The notes: a model not told the origin generated them from the sequence alone. Numbered from the stretch's first letter, positions 13,718 to 27,026 are shown. The stretch: 64,000 nt of DNA from Eledone cirrhosa (GCA_964016885.1 OZ024743.1:255750001-255814000); one strand, 5' to 3'. Program-made: numbers and translations.

Positions 13718-13750
13718 GTATATATATATATATTTGTATGTATGTATGTA
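10258..13750 (-). mobile_element. Near full-length decayed Penelope-like element (Naiad-like) with inverted terminal arms
   Basis: N-terminal ISMKNIIIP, SSDKTKNVY, RT LDIIDYYASI/MGASDSAE/LYRDDGL/FLDV, CNC-x5-CPL knuckle and GIY-YIG; arms 10258-11090 and 13020-13750. Confidence 0.9.
10800..12904 (-). pseudogene. PLE reverse transcriptase plus GIY-YIG endonuclease, frameshifted
   Basis: ORF pieces 12173-13000, 11643-12281 and 11039-11473 are collinear; likely ATG at 12904. Confidence 0.9.
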
Positions 13751-13752
13751 TG

Positions 13753-14362
13753 TCAGGTCACCAGTTGGTGCTACTGGTAACATGTATCCCAGTACAACCT
13801 GTCCCATGGTCGGGTCGTTGGCGACTAAACTGGCAACCCCACCAAGGTTTCTTGGTGAGGAGGGTGACTTTGGACATCCTGCAGGACTAAAAACAAAACC
13901 TGTCAAAGGGCAAAGGAGCTCTTAAGAGTCAATGGCCATCCAAAATCACCGGGAGGGATGACCCCTTAGCCTTTGTCAAGGCAGAATTCTAGGAGAAGGA
14001 AAACTCTGATATAACACCTGCAACCCTGATGGTATCCAATGATGTTGACTTGTTCTTCTTTTTGGTAAATATCATCTTGGTTAAGAGAGTGGGACTGGCT
14101 TTGTGCAGTGCCTTTGCTCACTATAAAAGCTTCACGGCACAGGCATTGCTTTATATCTGAAGATCTCTCTGCACTTGTCGTCACATGGTACCATGGGCCC
14201 AGCACTATGTGTCAGTAATTGTCACAAGTGTAGTGTTTGTACCAGAGTTTTCGAGTCGCTGGCTGGACTAAAAAGTCACACTCGTTCAGCGCATCGGTAG
14301 GGGTTCTCCTACATGGATATAAAGTAGTGGCCGTACTCGAAAACGAGTTGGCAGCCACCATG
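13753..14362 (+). mobile_element. Internally deleted non-autonomous RTE derivative (5' UTR, last zinc finger, tail)
   Basis: RTE 5'UTR-like GGAGAAGGAAAACTCTGA; HKCSVCTRVFESLAGLKSHTRSAHR* at 14223-14300; tail TGGCCGTACTCGAAAACGAG..GGCAGCCACCAT shared with 14954-14987. Confidence 0.65.
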
Positions 14363-14394
14363 TATGTATGTATATATGTATGTATATATATATA

Positions 14395-14987
14395 TTGCTG
14401 TTGCACTTCCAGACGGCGAGGGTCCTCCTATGGTGCTGACATGCAGCGTCTGTGCGAGACTCTGCCTAAGCAAAGCTGGACTCGAAAGTCATCTTCGCAG
14501 TCATAAAGTAAGACCAGTGGTTGACTACCAGGCTGCTGTTGGAGATGCTACTCATCATGCTTGCCAAGCCTGTGGTAGATAATGTAAATCAACAGGAGGG
14601 CTCAAGCGACATGCAAAAGTACATGAACTCCAACCACAGCCGGCTATTCCCAGTGAATGTTTTGGTTTCCGACTCTGTGCAAGACATTTTAGATCATTGG
14701 CTGGGCTAAAAAGCCACATTCGATCCCAGCGCTGTTAGTTGCTATCGTGGGTGTGTGTGTGTGTATAGATATGTTTATGTGTGTGCGTGTGTGTGTATAT
14801 GTATATGTATATTGTTATTGTTGTTGTTGTCGTTATTATTATTGTTGTTATTATTATTATTATTATTGTTATTAATATATGTATGTGTATGAATATATGT
14901 ATATGTATGTATGTATGTATGTGTGTGTATATATATATATTTTTCTCGTGCAATGGCCATACTCGATAACGAGGGGGCAGCCATCAT
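14395..14987 (+). mobile_element. RTE 3' end encoding three tandem C2H2 zinc fingers
   Basis: CSVCARLCLSKAGLESHLRSH, CQACGR*CKSTGGLKRHAKVH, degenerate third finger; microsatellite UTR; tail shared with the preceding element. Confidence 0.7.
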
Positions 14988-15087
14988 ATATATATACATG
15001 TATATATATAAGAATTAAAATACTAGAGTGTGTTGGAGTTAAACACACTCTTCATATTATAGAAACGACAGTATAAGATAGAGTTCA

Positions 15088-16383
15088 ATGCAATTAAACA
15101 GAGCCGAAGATTACTCTGGTAAAATACGTTATAATGAGGACAACCTTAGAAAGTCTCCGTTTACCCATAATAATAATAACGTAATTTCCCATAATATGGC
15201 CATGAATGGGAATAGAAAGCATAAGAATCGTAGAAATCCCATAGGTGTATCCGAACCCATGCATAGGTTAAGCTACCGTAATCGTAATAGTGAGTCTAAT
15301 GGTACACTTTTCGTGATTAGTTCTAGGGAACAAGTTAGGCACTCTGATCGCTCACCCAGTGGGAATGTTTTTACTAATTCTAATAGTGTTGTTTCAACTG
15401 ATCCTGGTAGTAACCCTGATCCTATTGATATGATTCCAGATAACAGTAGATATACTAAAGGTAGAAACAGAAGGAGATTCAATAGGGTTTCGGCAACTTC
15501 TAATAATGTTGTTTCAACTAGTCCTCGTAGTAACCCTGATCCTATTAGTGGGATACTGGATAATGGTAGAGTTCGTAAGGATAGAAATAGGAGGAGACTC
15601 AATACTTATTTTAACCCGCCTTATGATCATGAAGTGTTAACTAACATCCCTAGGTCTTTCTTTTCTATCTTAGAGAAAAATTTCCCTCCTACTAATGAAT
15701 ACCATGGTATTTTTAATAAAAATGTAATTAAACTATTATTCTCTACCACCCCTAATAATAGTTCTCATTTAGCTAGCACTAACAATAAGAAAATTAGGGA
15801 CAGCTACTCCTCTTTGCGTACTACTAGTCTTGATAGATCCATTAATGCCTTACCACCTGAGCAGACCTTATCTTATAATAACCCTAGAAGTGATGCATCA
15901 CTTATTCAACCGGTAAATAGCACCAGGATGTGTAACTGTAGAGTAAGTATTAACTACCCTTTAAATGGCCACTGCCTCTCTAGGAACATTGTTTATGCTT
16001 GTGAAGTTAAGACTGATTCTTCTAATAGCACATATATAGGCTCCACATCTAATACTTTTAAAACTAGGTTTAATTCTCATATCTCTAATTTTAAGCATGT
16101 TAAGTTTAAGAACTCTACTTCTTTAGCACACCATATCTGGGATCTTAAGGGGGCAGGCATGCCATATAGCCTTAATTGGCGTATAGTAGCACGCTCTAAT
16201 AACCTATCAACACACACTAAATTCTGTAATCTCTGTATCCTAGAGACCCACTCTATAATTTTCTCTAGGGAAGTTTTGCTTAATAGAAAGTCTGAGATAT
16301 TTTCTTCCTGCACCCATGCCATTTCTAATTCTGTCTTCTATTATAGACCTAAAAGTTCTGGTAGTTTAAATCGTATCCATTAG
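15088..16383 (+). pseudogene. PLE C-terminal GIY-YIG endonuclease region, open but lacking RT
   Basis: YFNPPY, CNC..PLNGHCL, NIVY...TYIGST, FKTRFNSH, CNLC..E, LNRKSE..CTH. Confidence 0.9.
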
Positions 16384-17883
16384 CTGCTATATTTCCTTAT
16401 CTTTTTTGTTTAGGTTCATTTTGATTACCATCATCTTTATTATTAATAGTTTTTTTTTTGTTTTTGTTTTTTACAACTTTTCGATTTTAGTTTCCATAGT
16501 CTTTTGGCTACCATACCCTATCTATCGTCTTAAGAATTATTATAGTTTCACTACTAACACCTTATGGGTTTATATCTTATTAAATACTTTGGGTTGGAGT
16601 CTCATTCAACTAGTGTACCTCCTCCTCTACACACTTAATATCCGCCCCTTCTATTATACTATATATAAATTTCACCTTTATGCTCCTTTTATGTATTATA
16701 TAATATATTGATTTTACTTTTATGCTCCTTCCTATCCTCCATAACCTCTCTTCTTTCTGTTCCCATTGGTCTACCATAGTTCTATTTAGAGTCTTTTTAT
16801 TTGATAACGTTATTTGACTGAACAGAGCATATTTTACTCTATTCTTGATAATTTTATTGAAATATCTCAAACTTATACGTTTTTTATGACTTAAAATATA
16901 GCCAATTTTGAAGTGACTAAATATGTATTTTAAATACTTTTATTATTAATTAATTTAAAAAGGTTTTCTAGTCAATTCGCCGCTTACATTTCTATCTCTT
17001 CTTTCACTTAACCGCTTGTGACACGTAAGTAAATATGCTTGTTTTTGTTTTTCGATCTTAGGTTTATTTAATTTATTTTTTTACTACCACACGCTGTTTG
17101 TCTGACCATGTAATTTCATTAATATATGTCTGTATGTCAACCACGTAAATATATTTTGTAATATTTTGTGATATTTTGGTAATATTTATGCCAATGTAAA
17201 ATGACTTGACCTCCGTGTATTTGTTACAATGGTATAGATATTTTTTTCAACTCAATTTTTCAACACTATTTAGTTCTATATGATTTTTTTCTTACCCTGT
17301 GTAAAACTTTATACTATTTGTTAACCTTGAATTAATTATATATATGATGTAATTTTGTATATCTTTTGATGCCAATATATTATAATATTATTATTATAAT
17401 GTTATTATAATGTTTTTATATTGTTTATGCACACTGACAGCGAATTATATATTATATTTTATTTTTATTTTTATCTTTATTATATTATACTGTAAACAAT
17501 ATATACATATATATTTAAATACTTAATAAGTGTTAGTTTGTGTTTGTACTAATGTATATATGTATAGATAGATATATATATACATATATTAAGCTTTTTA
17601 TTATCACCATCTATTATACTATATTATATTCTATATCGTACTGTAATTCTCGCATTATATTGCCATTTGTGTTTCAAGTTTTTGCATTATATAATATTTA
17701 CAATGTGGGTTCAACATGTTAATCACTTCCTTGCTATTTGGTCTATATCTATCTTTGTAAATGCTTACTCTTAATCTTAGCCTACTTTTCCTTGATATCC
17801 TTCCTAGGCTTTAATAGATGTATACTCCATATTCTTCTGAGTTTTTGGCTTGTATTAGCCGATAATGCTTCTTGTAGATTTAC

Positions 17884-17926
17884 TTGCCCTGATGAGTCCT
17901 TAATAGGACGAAACATTGTTGGCTAA
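17884..17926 (+). ncRNA. Minimal type I hammerhead ribozyme
   Basis: GCC-CTGATGA-GTCCT(taat)AGGAC-GAAAC-ATT-GTT-GGC; sister copy at 27219-27261 has GUC. Confidence 0.9.
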
Positions 17927-17968
17927 TAAAGACTTTTGATGTATTGAAGGGTTCTTTGGTTTATTTTT

Positions 17969-18027
<59 letters not shown>

Positions 18028-18085
18028 TGTGTATGTAGGTGTTTATATATTTTTATATTTTTATATGCATATATATGTGTGTATG

Positions 18086-18183
<98 letters not shown>

Positions 18184-18194
18184 CAGAGGTTATA

Positions 18195-18665
18195 TTTAAT
18201 TTGTTGGGATTGAACAAACTTAAACATTTTTATAAAAGAATTAAAGCACTCAACTGATTAGTGGAGATTAGTGGAGTTAATACACAATATATTAATAAAT
18301 GGAAACTATATTTATTTCATTATAATAAATGGAAACTATATTTATAAAACCATATTTATTTTATTATACATATTTCAAGGGCAAGCAAGGCAAATTATGG
18401 TGCGCTTTGATCAGAAAAAATACAGATTTGTATTATAAATAAATATTGAAATACCCGGAATAAAGACAACCTTAACAGTTGGAGCTTCCTATCCAGGAAA
18501 CTCCAACGGTTAAGGTTGTCTTTTTGGTGTGTATGTCAATATTTATTTATCAAACAAATCTGTATTTTATCTGATGAAAGCGCACCATAATTTGCCTTGG
18601 TTGCCCTTGAAATATGTATAATAAAATAAATATGGTTTTATAAATATAGTTTCCATTTATTAATA
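18195..18665. mobile_element. Fold-back non-coding PLE terminal module
   Basis: Arms 18324-18489 and 18495-18665 are imperfect reverse complements; homologous to ~55270-55500. Confidence 0.8.
18563..18628 (+). ncRNA. Type I hammerhead ribozyme
   Basis: TATTTTAT-CTGATGA-AAG..CTT-GAAAT-ATGT-ATA-ATAAAATA: 8-bp helix I, AUA site; a mutated copy lies on the inverted arm. Confidence 0.85.
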
Positions 18666-18674
18666 AATTGTATA

Positions 18675-18801
<127 letters not shown>

Positions 18802-21173
18802 TTATTAAAATAACAGATTAAAATTTAAGCAAAGAATCGCTGCTTTCACCCTTAACGGGATCTTCTGAAACTACCAAAGTCAATCTGTAAACGCAGAAGT
18901 GGATATTTCAAAAAACGTTGCAACCGGAGGAAAACAAGAAGACGATACTTTGGTTCGTGGAAACGTTCGCTGGCAAAGAACGGGAAAAAACGAATATAAT
19001 ATGTCATTAATAGGAGCGGTGAAAAACAATTACCCGCAAAGACAGAACCACGTTTATGGTATAAAAGAGGTCGTAGACTAATGTTCTCTTAGGTGGTTCA
19101 TAGAGACGTTCTCTGGCAATGAACGAAAAAAACGAAGATTATACGTCATATGTGGAGCGTGGAGAACAATAGCACGCAAAGACAAAACCACGTAAATGGT
19201 ATAGCAGAAGTCGTAGACTAAAATTCTAACTAGGAGACCGAATGAATCTCCGCTAAAGAGTTAAGAACAAAGTAAATAAATACAATACAGAAGTAATAGA
19301 AATAAATAAATACATACACGCAAACAAATACGTACATACACAAGCATACGCAAAACACTTACCATAGGTATACAAAACCACGCACATATAAATATGTGTG
19401 TGTGTATATGCGTGTATACAAATAAATAAATAATTATATAAACGTATATAAATAAATACGTCTATAACAAGCGCACACACATACCTACATGTAATACACG
19501 AATGTTCGGAGACGTAAGTCAACCAAAACATGAAGTACACATATACACACACCCTACATACGTACGAAGCTGCATACTCACACAGACGCAAAACTCCCGT
19601 ATACATATAGCCAAACCATATGTACCAGAATATATAAAAAATGATACGCCATAACATAAACAATCAAATATACGTACGAGAAGGTATACGTACCTTCACA
19701 AAACATACGGGTAAAATATACTTACCTATGCAAATAAGTAATGGTATAAACAAAACATATACTTAGCTCCCACATCAAGACGTAAAATATCTACGAATAA
19801 ATCGTACTATCCGTTAGGGTATAACGTGGGGCTATAATACAGGAAAGTTTTGTGCAATTTATGTTTACAAGCCGAAATTGCCTCAGATTTTTTGTTTAAG
19901 ATGTGGTCTGTGGCGTAGAGTATTTCCAGGGCCTCAGCGGCGCAGAGGTCACATGGTCTTTTATTTCCGTTATACGATCTAGCCCTAGCTAGGATCTCCC
20001 AGTGTAACTTTTATTGAGTGTGGTTGTCTTTTCGACTCCAGATATAAGCTGAAAGTGACGTCATATTCCTTCTTAGAGGGTAACGAAAGGAATGGGTATG
20101 CATGTAAAGACGCTGCTTGAATCTATTGGCGGTTAACCCTATGTAGGCCCTACGGGACGTGGGTGTTACAACCTTACAGTAGTAGACAATGTTACTATAG
20201 AGGCATTTCCCGGATAGGGGGCAATCAACCCGATTCCTACAATTACAGTTAGTACTAACTACAGGATTGCACGTGTTCCTACGGCTAGGTAGTTTAGCTA
20301 AATTTGAAGCTGTGATGTTATGTGCAAGGTGAGGAGTCGTAGAGTAAGAAATTTTAATAGTATTTCTATTTAAAATTTTACTATATTTATGTGTAGGGGG
20401 AAAATGCTTCGTAATAAGGGAAAGAAAGATCTTAGCTAATGGTGTGGCCACCTCCATATTATATGGTGGGTTATACCAACAAATGCGACGGGATCTATTT
20501 CTTCTAAGTCTATTTTCGTACACTGTATATGCTACCTTATCGACAAATCCACTTCGAGCAAGAGCTTCATTGTAATAAGTGGAATGGTCGTTGAAAATAC
20601 GCTCGTTGGTGGAAAGACGGGAAAGCCTCAACGAAACGTTTCTTACCAGGTTCTTGGTTATGCTGGCAGGATGGTTGGAATGCTTACTTATGTAATTAAG
20701 CGTATCATTCGGCTTTCTATACGGGTAATACAACCCATTCAATAAATTGAGGGTAACGTCGAGATAATTAACGTTCATTGCCAGAGAACGTCTCTATGAA
20801 CCACCTAAGAGAACATTAGTCTACGACCTCTTTTATACCATAAACGTAGTTCTATCTTTGCGCATAATTGTTTTTCACCGCTCCCATTAATGACGTATTA
20901 TATTCGTTTTTTTTCCGTTCTTTCCACGAACCAAAGTATCGTCTTCCTGTCTTCCTCCGGTTGCAACGTTTTTTGAAATATCCACTTCTGCGTTTACAGA
21001 TTGACTTTGTTAGTGTCAGAATATCCCGTTAAGGGTGAAAGCAGCGATTCTTTGCTCAAACTTGAATCTGTTATTTTAATAAATATTTGCTCTACGGTTC
21101 TTATATATTTGATATATATTTATCCTTATCGAGCCCTCTTTGGATTTTAGTCTTCAAATTTATTATTATTACT
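18802..21173 (-). mobile_element. 5'-truncated PLE with inverted arms
   Basis: ORF 20011-20778: YLDVTL (end of RT), WYNPPY, CNC-x5-CPL, NIVY..YIGLT; arms 18802-19125 and 20772-21082; extra tail to 21173. Confidence 0.9.
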
Positions 21174-21308
21174 ATATGTATATATATATATATATATACG
21201 TATGTGTGTCTATGTGTATATATATGTATGTGTATATATATATATGTAGTTTATTATATGAACAGAAAACAGAGAGGTAGTACAAATGATATGGTTTTAA
21301 GTTTCATG

Positions 21309-21344
<36 letters not shown>

Positions 21345-21367
21345 TCACATATGTGTGTGTATACATG

Positions 21368-21416
<49 letters not shown>

Positions 21417-21484
21417 ATATATGTGCGTACGTGTGTATATATGTATGTATATGTGTACGTTTGAATGTCTGTATGCATGAGAGC

Positions 21485-21553
<69 letters not shown>

Positions 21554-21554
<1 letters not shown>

Positions 21555-21805
21555 GAATAAACAAGAGAGATGAAATAGTTTCCAAAACTGTCTGGTTGTT
21601 TCCAGGCGTTTGCTGAATATTGCTCTGTTATTTTTCTTAATTTAATACTTAAAATTAAGTCTGACAAACCATATTGCTTTAGTTAGTATTTTTTTACCCT
21701 AGCAAACTTGGTCCTCACGATTCGAACACATGTAGGTTTATATTAGTGTTCATCTCTCTTGTTTATTCATTAAATTACATCTCTTGTTTATTCATTCTAA
21801 TTCCC
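21554..21805. repeat. Small element with 21-bp inverted repeat between TA tracts
   Basis: TGAATAAACAAGAGAGATGAA at 21554-21574 versus 21749-21769, followed by a partial direct duplicate. Confidence 0.7.
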
Positions 21806-21917
<112 letters not shown>

Positions 21918-21992
21918 CGTGCGCGCGTATGTATGTACGCATATTTGTATGTATGTGTATATATTTGTATATGTGTATGTGTGTATGTACCA

Positions 21993-22635
21993 TTATGTAT
22001 GTTTGTTGTGTGTGTGCCTGCCTGTGTGTGCGTGTGTGTATGTGTGTGTACATGTGTAAGTGGGCGAGTGTGTGAATGTGCTTGTCGACATCTGGAATAC
22101 ATAATATATTAAAGGAAACTTCATAATAAGGGGAATCACCCCAACACTTGAACCTGTTGATGGAACCCTCTCTGCCTGTGTCACCCTTATTGCAGCCTTA
22201 AAGAATTAGCTTCTAAAGAATTTCCCTTTTCTTTAAACCATTGAACCCCACCCATCCTGTAGACACCTGTCTTACAGGCCATGTTAGTCTAAGTGATAAA
22301 CTAGGGTTGGTATTCCAAATATGATTTTGTTTACAGTATTCTTCCTCCCTTTGTTAATACTATATCTTTAAAGAATTAGCTTTTAATGAACTACCTTTTC
22401 TTTAAATCCTTCAACCAATGGCCTCCACCCATCCCAATCCCCACCCTCTCCTACCACCAGAAAAGAAAAGATATAAATACCACTACTTACTTGGACAGCC
22501 AGCTCCCTGATGATTTCTCACGAATGAAACAGTTCTAGTCCTGTAGAAGCTCTTCTATATTAAAACTTTTCTGCTCTGGTATGTATTGAGTACCTTACTT
22601 ATTATGGTTTCCTCCGATTAAACCCGGAATATCTT
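21993..22635 (+). mobile_element. PLE pseudo-LTR with hammerhead-like core
   Basis: Homologous to 7817-8337; 22565-22635 is homologous to the 5' leader (13020-12950) of the PLE ORF. Confidence 0.8.
22501..22551 (+). ncRNA. Hammerhead-like motif, imperfect helices
   Basis: CTGATGA-tTTC(tcac)GAAt-GAAAC-agttcta-GTC; helix I pairing is weak. Confidence 0.55.
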
Positions 22636-22652
22636 ATATATATATATATATA

Positions 22653-23913
22653 TTGGAAAATGTGTGTAATCCTTGGTACAGTTAGGTATATTAAGACAGT
22701 GGGGAAAAAAAAATGGCTTCACTTGTGCTTTCAACAAATTTATTTTCTTCACAAAATCCCAAAATAATTTTTTTCCGGATTGGAAAATTTTTTTTTTTTT
22801 TTCTTAAAAAATGTTTTTATTTTATAAATTAAGTTGTTGGTTGTTGGTTAGGTCTTAGGAATTCGTGGTTAACGTAGGAGGTATTGTTTCGTTTTTAGAA
22901 CGACCTTTCACGCTGAGGTGCGCTTGTCAAACTGATGTGTATGTGGTGTGTTGTTCTATATATAGGGATTTAACATGTCTGTGGTGTGGTGGCGGTTTTT
23001 TTGTATATACATATATACACATACACGCACATGTGTGTGTATGTGTGCGTGTATGTGTATATATGTATATTTAGTTATGTATCTTTATGTGTGTATATGT
23101 ATGTATATGTATGTATGTATATATATATATATATACCCATGTGGTGGTATGAGTACATATTCGTGTGTGTTCGTATGTGTATATGTATTTTTATATGTGT
23201 CTCTATATGTTTTTGTGTATGTATGTGGATGTATATGTACATGGGTGTGTGATTGATGGTGTGTGCCTATATATTCTTACATATTCCCGTGTGTGTATGT
23301 ACGTATATACGCACATATGTGTGTGTTGAACAAAGGACTAATTTTGGGATGAACGTAGAAAAATTCTTCAGAAAAAAATAATTGTTTACAAACTTGGCAG
23401 GTGCGATTTGTCTGTGACCATTCTCAACACAAAAGGAATACTAAAAGCTTTTTCCCCTGAATAAAGGAATTTTTCGAGAATGACCGAGGCAGGCCGCACT
23501 TGCTACATTTCTCCCCACCCAACCCTACTCACCGTCTCAACTCATTACTGCTATTAACAATTTTTCAACACACCTACACCCATACACTTATTAAAGGGGG
23601 AGGAAAAAACCCCCCACCACACCACAGACATGTTAAATCCCTATATATAGAACAACACACCACATACACATCAGTTTGACAAGCGCACCTCAGCGTGAAA
23701 GGTCGTTCTAAAAACGAAACAATACCGCCTACGTTAACCAAGAATTCCTAAGACCTAACCAACAACCAACAACTTAATTTATAAAATAAATTTTTTTAAG
23801 AAAAAAATTTTTTCTAATCCGGAAAAAATTATTTTTGGATTTTGTGAAGAAAATAAATTTGTTGAAAGCACAAGTGAAGCCATTTTTTCTCCCCCTCCCC
23901 ATGTCTTAATATA
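22653..23913. mobile_element. Fold-back element with ~310-bp inverted arms, probably PLE-derived
   Basis: 22687-23001 is the reverse complement of 23604-23913; extra ~34-bp tail on the left arm only; TA flanks. Confidence 0.75.
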
Positions 23914-24078
23914 TATATATATATATATGTATAATTTATATATGTATATATATATAGATATACATTTTGCGAGGTTTTTTTACAAAAAAACGTGATGTCC
24001 TACGCGAGTGAAAGTATAAGGAAAAAAGATGAATTCGAAAATGAAACTGGAGCCTTTTTTTAAATATTTATTTTGTTC

Positions 24079-24114
24079 CTTTACCGGTTTAACAGTTCTT
24101 GTGTTTTTCAAAAG
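24079..24114 (-). ncRNA. Degenerate U3-A8 hammerhead relic
   Basis: CTT-TTGAAAA-ACA(caagaac)TGT-tAAAC-CG-GTA-AAG; G12 is mutated. Confidence 0.4.
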
Positions 24115-24265
24115 TAGAATTGAGATGGAGAGTTTGTGGCTTTTCATATATATATATATATCATTTCTATATGTCTGTATATATATATATATATATATCA
24201 TTTCTATAGGTATATATATATATATACAATTTATATATATATATATATATATATAAACATATATA

Positions 24266-24304
<39 letters not shown>

Positions 24305-24627
24305 CAGTTATATGCATGCATGATCAAATGAATGTAGATACATTGAAATATTTTCATATATGAAATCTCCCTACTACTGACTGTTTAATATCTTAATAAC
24401 TACCAATTAAACTGCAGCCAATATTATGTAATTACTTTGAAATTAATTTTCACACTTTTCCCTTGTTAAATAAAATTTCAGATAGTGAATTGATAGACTC
24501 ATTGATCTGTTGAATTCAATAAATACACACAATCACATTTCACAAATTTACTTTTATTTATTGATTAAAGATGGCACTTATGGATTGATTGTCTTTCATA
24601 TTAACATTTTTATGAGGAGATGGATAT

Positions 24628-24830
24628 ATCATTGTCATCATCAACTGCATCATCGTTACTATTATTATCGCCATCATCATTTTCTTTATCGTTGTTGCTG
24701 TCGTCATCGTCAACATTATCATCTCTATTATCATGAACTTTAACATTATCATCATTACCATTATCATTGTTATTATCCTGACCATGATTATCATTGTTAT
24801 CAGCATCATCATCGTTTGTGTCATTGTTGT
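24628..24830. repeat. Degenerate (ATC/ATT)n trinucleotide repeat
   Basis: Direct reading. Confidence 0.85.
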
Positions 24831-25197
24831 GTTTATGTCTCCTTTTCCATGTTGGTAGGTGTTATATGATACTTCTCAAGACAAGAAATTATTGCAAACT
24901 GCCCTTTCTGACACCAAACAGAAATATAGAGTAACTTTTCTTTGTCAATGTTCAATTCCTTTCATGTTGACTAGTAACATTAGTTGAATGGGAAGAAATT
25001 TGGTAAAGTTCACCTGCTGCATTCCTCTATATATTGGCTGAGAGGGATCCTTCTTGTGTATGGATTCCAAATTTTCTTGCAGTGTCCGTCATTCTTTGTT
25101 GAAGTGTTAATTCTGTTGGATCAAAATTTTCCGAGTTGCACGAAAAGTTTTTCCTAGAAACATTTAGGCCAAAGTTGAACTCTTTGCACATATAATT

Positions 25198-25318
25198 TTA
25201 ATACCAGGCCACACCAGATTTACGTTCTTTGTCAAGGTTGAAGTTTGCTTCTTCAACATAAGGGCAACATTCTACCATTGCATCCCTTGTTTTAACAAAA
25301 TCATAAGCAACAATAACT
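25198..25318 (-). CDS. Candidate host coding exon, product unknown
   Basis: Non-repetitive; pyrimidine-rich ...GTTCTTTCAG acceptor ending at 25319; one open frame VIVAYDFVKTRDAMVECCPYVEEANFNLDKERKSGVAWY*. Confidence 0.45.
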
Positions 25319-26112
25319 CTGAAAGAACATGTATAATAAAGACAAGCAGAGATATAGAGGTAGGACAACAGAAATGCTAAAAGTTGCTCTTTGTTGGGCC
25401 TATAAGTAAGCTCAACTAAAATTATATACATCAGGAGTGATTTGATCAATACACAATAATATCGATAATTTTGTCTGGCAATCATTGGTGAATGAAACAG
25501 TCATGAAAAGAACATGTTAGAGCATACTGATCAGTTAATATTACCTATAAAGTTATATGTGTGTCTGTGTTGATACCCTATAAATTAACTGTTTAACAAA
25601 AATGAGAACAATAAAATGAACAGGAGACTTATTAGATAAATAGTCAAAGTGGTACCCTAGCATGGTCACAGTCTACTGACTGAAACAAGTAAATATATAA
25701 ACCCTTTTATACCCCTCCTTCTTCCTTTAAATTATTCATTGTACAGATATAGAGATTTTATTTCAGACCACACTCGATTATATTCAAAATTCTCTCAGAT
25801 ACCATTTTTCACCAGACTTCCATACATACAAAACAAAAGATATAAAAACCTTAGTTTAGCGACAAAATGTTTTAGTATTATTTTGTTTTCACTTCATAAA
25901 CACTAAAGATTATTGACATTTTGTTTTATTTTTATTAAAATATCAGTAAAATATTATATAAATATAAATAAGAAAAATGATACTTTCAGGACAAGTTTTT
26001 TGTGTGTGTGTATTTGACTGGAAAACATAAAGCCTGTAACATTGTATTTCTATATCAAATCACATAGTTTTATGAATTATACCAATATGACTACATCATA
26101 ATGTTAAAGTAC

Positions 26113-26169
<57 letters not shown>

Positions 26170-26355
26170 TATATATGATATTTTGCAATTTTGCAATAAC
26201 CACACATACTGAATTAATCCGCCAAGACTAGGGGTTCTCTCCCTCTACCCCCACGTGGGTTTAGATAGCGGTCAGTTCCTTAGCTTTGCATAGAACTAAA
26301 TGCCTGTTGAAAAAGTGACTTCCTTGTTCGATCATCATACCAAAAGCTTAACATT

Positions 26356-26462
26356 CCGCCGAGGTTAACGTTGCCTTTCATCCTTACGGGGTCGATAAAA
26401 TAAAGAACCAGTAATGTACTGGGTAATTGCTGGCCTTGTGCCAAAAGTAGAAACAATTATTT
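26356..26462 (+). mobile_element. Partial tRNA-SINE (3' half)
   Basis: GCCTTTCATCCTTACGGGGTCGATAAAATAAAG domain as in 51033-51213. Confidence 0.8.
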
Positions 26463-26464
26463 GT

Positions 26465-27012
26465 TTAAGCAGACAGTAACTGATTTAGGAGTTGCAGAAA
26501 CCCTATATTGGATTTTACCACCGTTTCCTGGGGTCCAGGTATTATTTTCAATCATATATTATTATCTGTTTGACCCGAATAGCTTGGTCGCTACCTTGGC
26601 TCTGCGGTTAATGGTTTAATCATCGTCTCAGTGTGTTTGGCCTTTTAATGTTTGTTGTTGCTATGGAGCGCTTGCCACACATCTCGGAAGTTGTTTTTCG
26701 GTAATTTCCAATAGCCGAAATGCGATTCCCGGTAATTTTAAAATTAAAAATAAAATTACAAAGAATCGGTCCGGAGCCTTGGAGTTATGCAATAGATGTT
26801 TGGTGATGTGTGGACAACGTGTGAAAAATTCACTTCTCGTGTTTAGGCAATCACTATTGCGTAATCTCTTAAGGATAGCTATTCGTTTGTCGATACATAA
26901 GCCACACGTCAGATTTCCCCTTGCGTATGGCTTGGACTTAGTGATGGCTTTCCATTGATTGGAGTAGCCTTTACTTGAGTCCTTGAGGGACCATACGTGG
27001 CTCGCGAGTTTC
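26465..27012 (-). mobile_element. PLE GIY-YIG C-terminal fragment with 3' UTR
   Basis: LASHVWSLKD...CGLC...LNTRSEFFTRCPH. Confidence 0.8.
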
Positions 27013-27026
27013 ATATATACATACAT

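Larger units (their letters stand above)
15011..17972 (+). mobile_element. 5'-truncated PLE with GIY-YIG ORF, long AT-rich 3' UTR, hammerhead and inverted 5' tail piece
   Basis: ORF 15088-16383; hammerhead at 17884-17926; 15011-15113 is the inverted continuation of the 3' end as shown by the copy at 27070-27340. Confidence 0.85.

Noticed and set aside
14395-14738. Host C2H2 zinc-finger gene
   Set aside because: No TGEKP linkers, an internal stop, and a retroelement-type tail shared with the neighbouring repeat
18830-18875. CAGAAGA-tCCC..GGGt-GAAA hammerhead-like motif on minus
   Set aside because: Core mismatch and no clear cleavage triplet with helix I; at best a relic
23455-23510. In-frame TGA at a possible Cys position, suggesting selenocysteine as reported for some Naiad PLEs
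   Set aside because: Fragment is too short and decayed, homology is uncertain and no SECIS was identified
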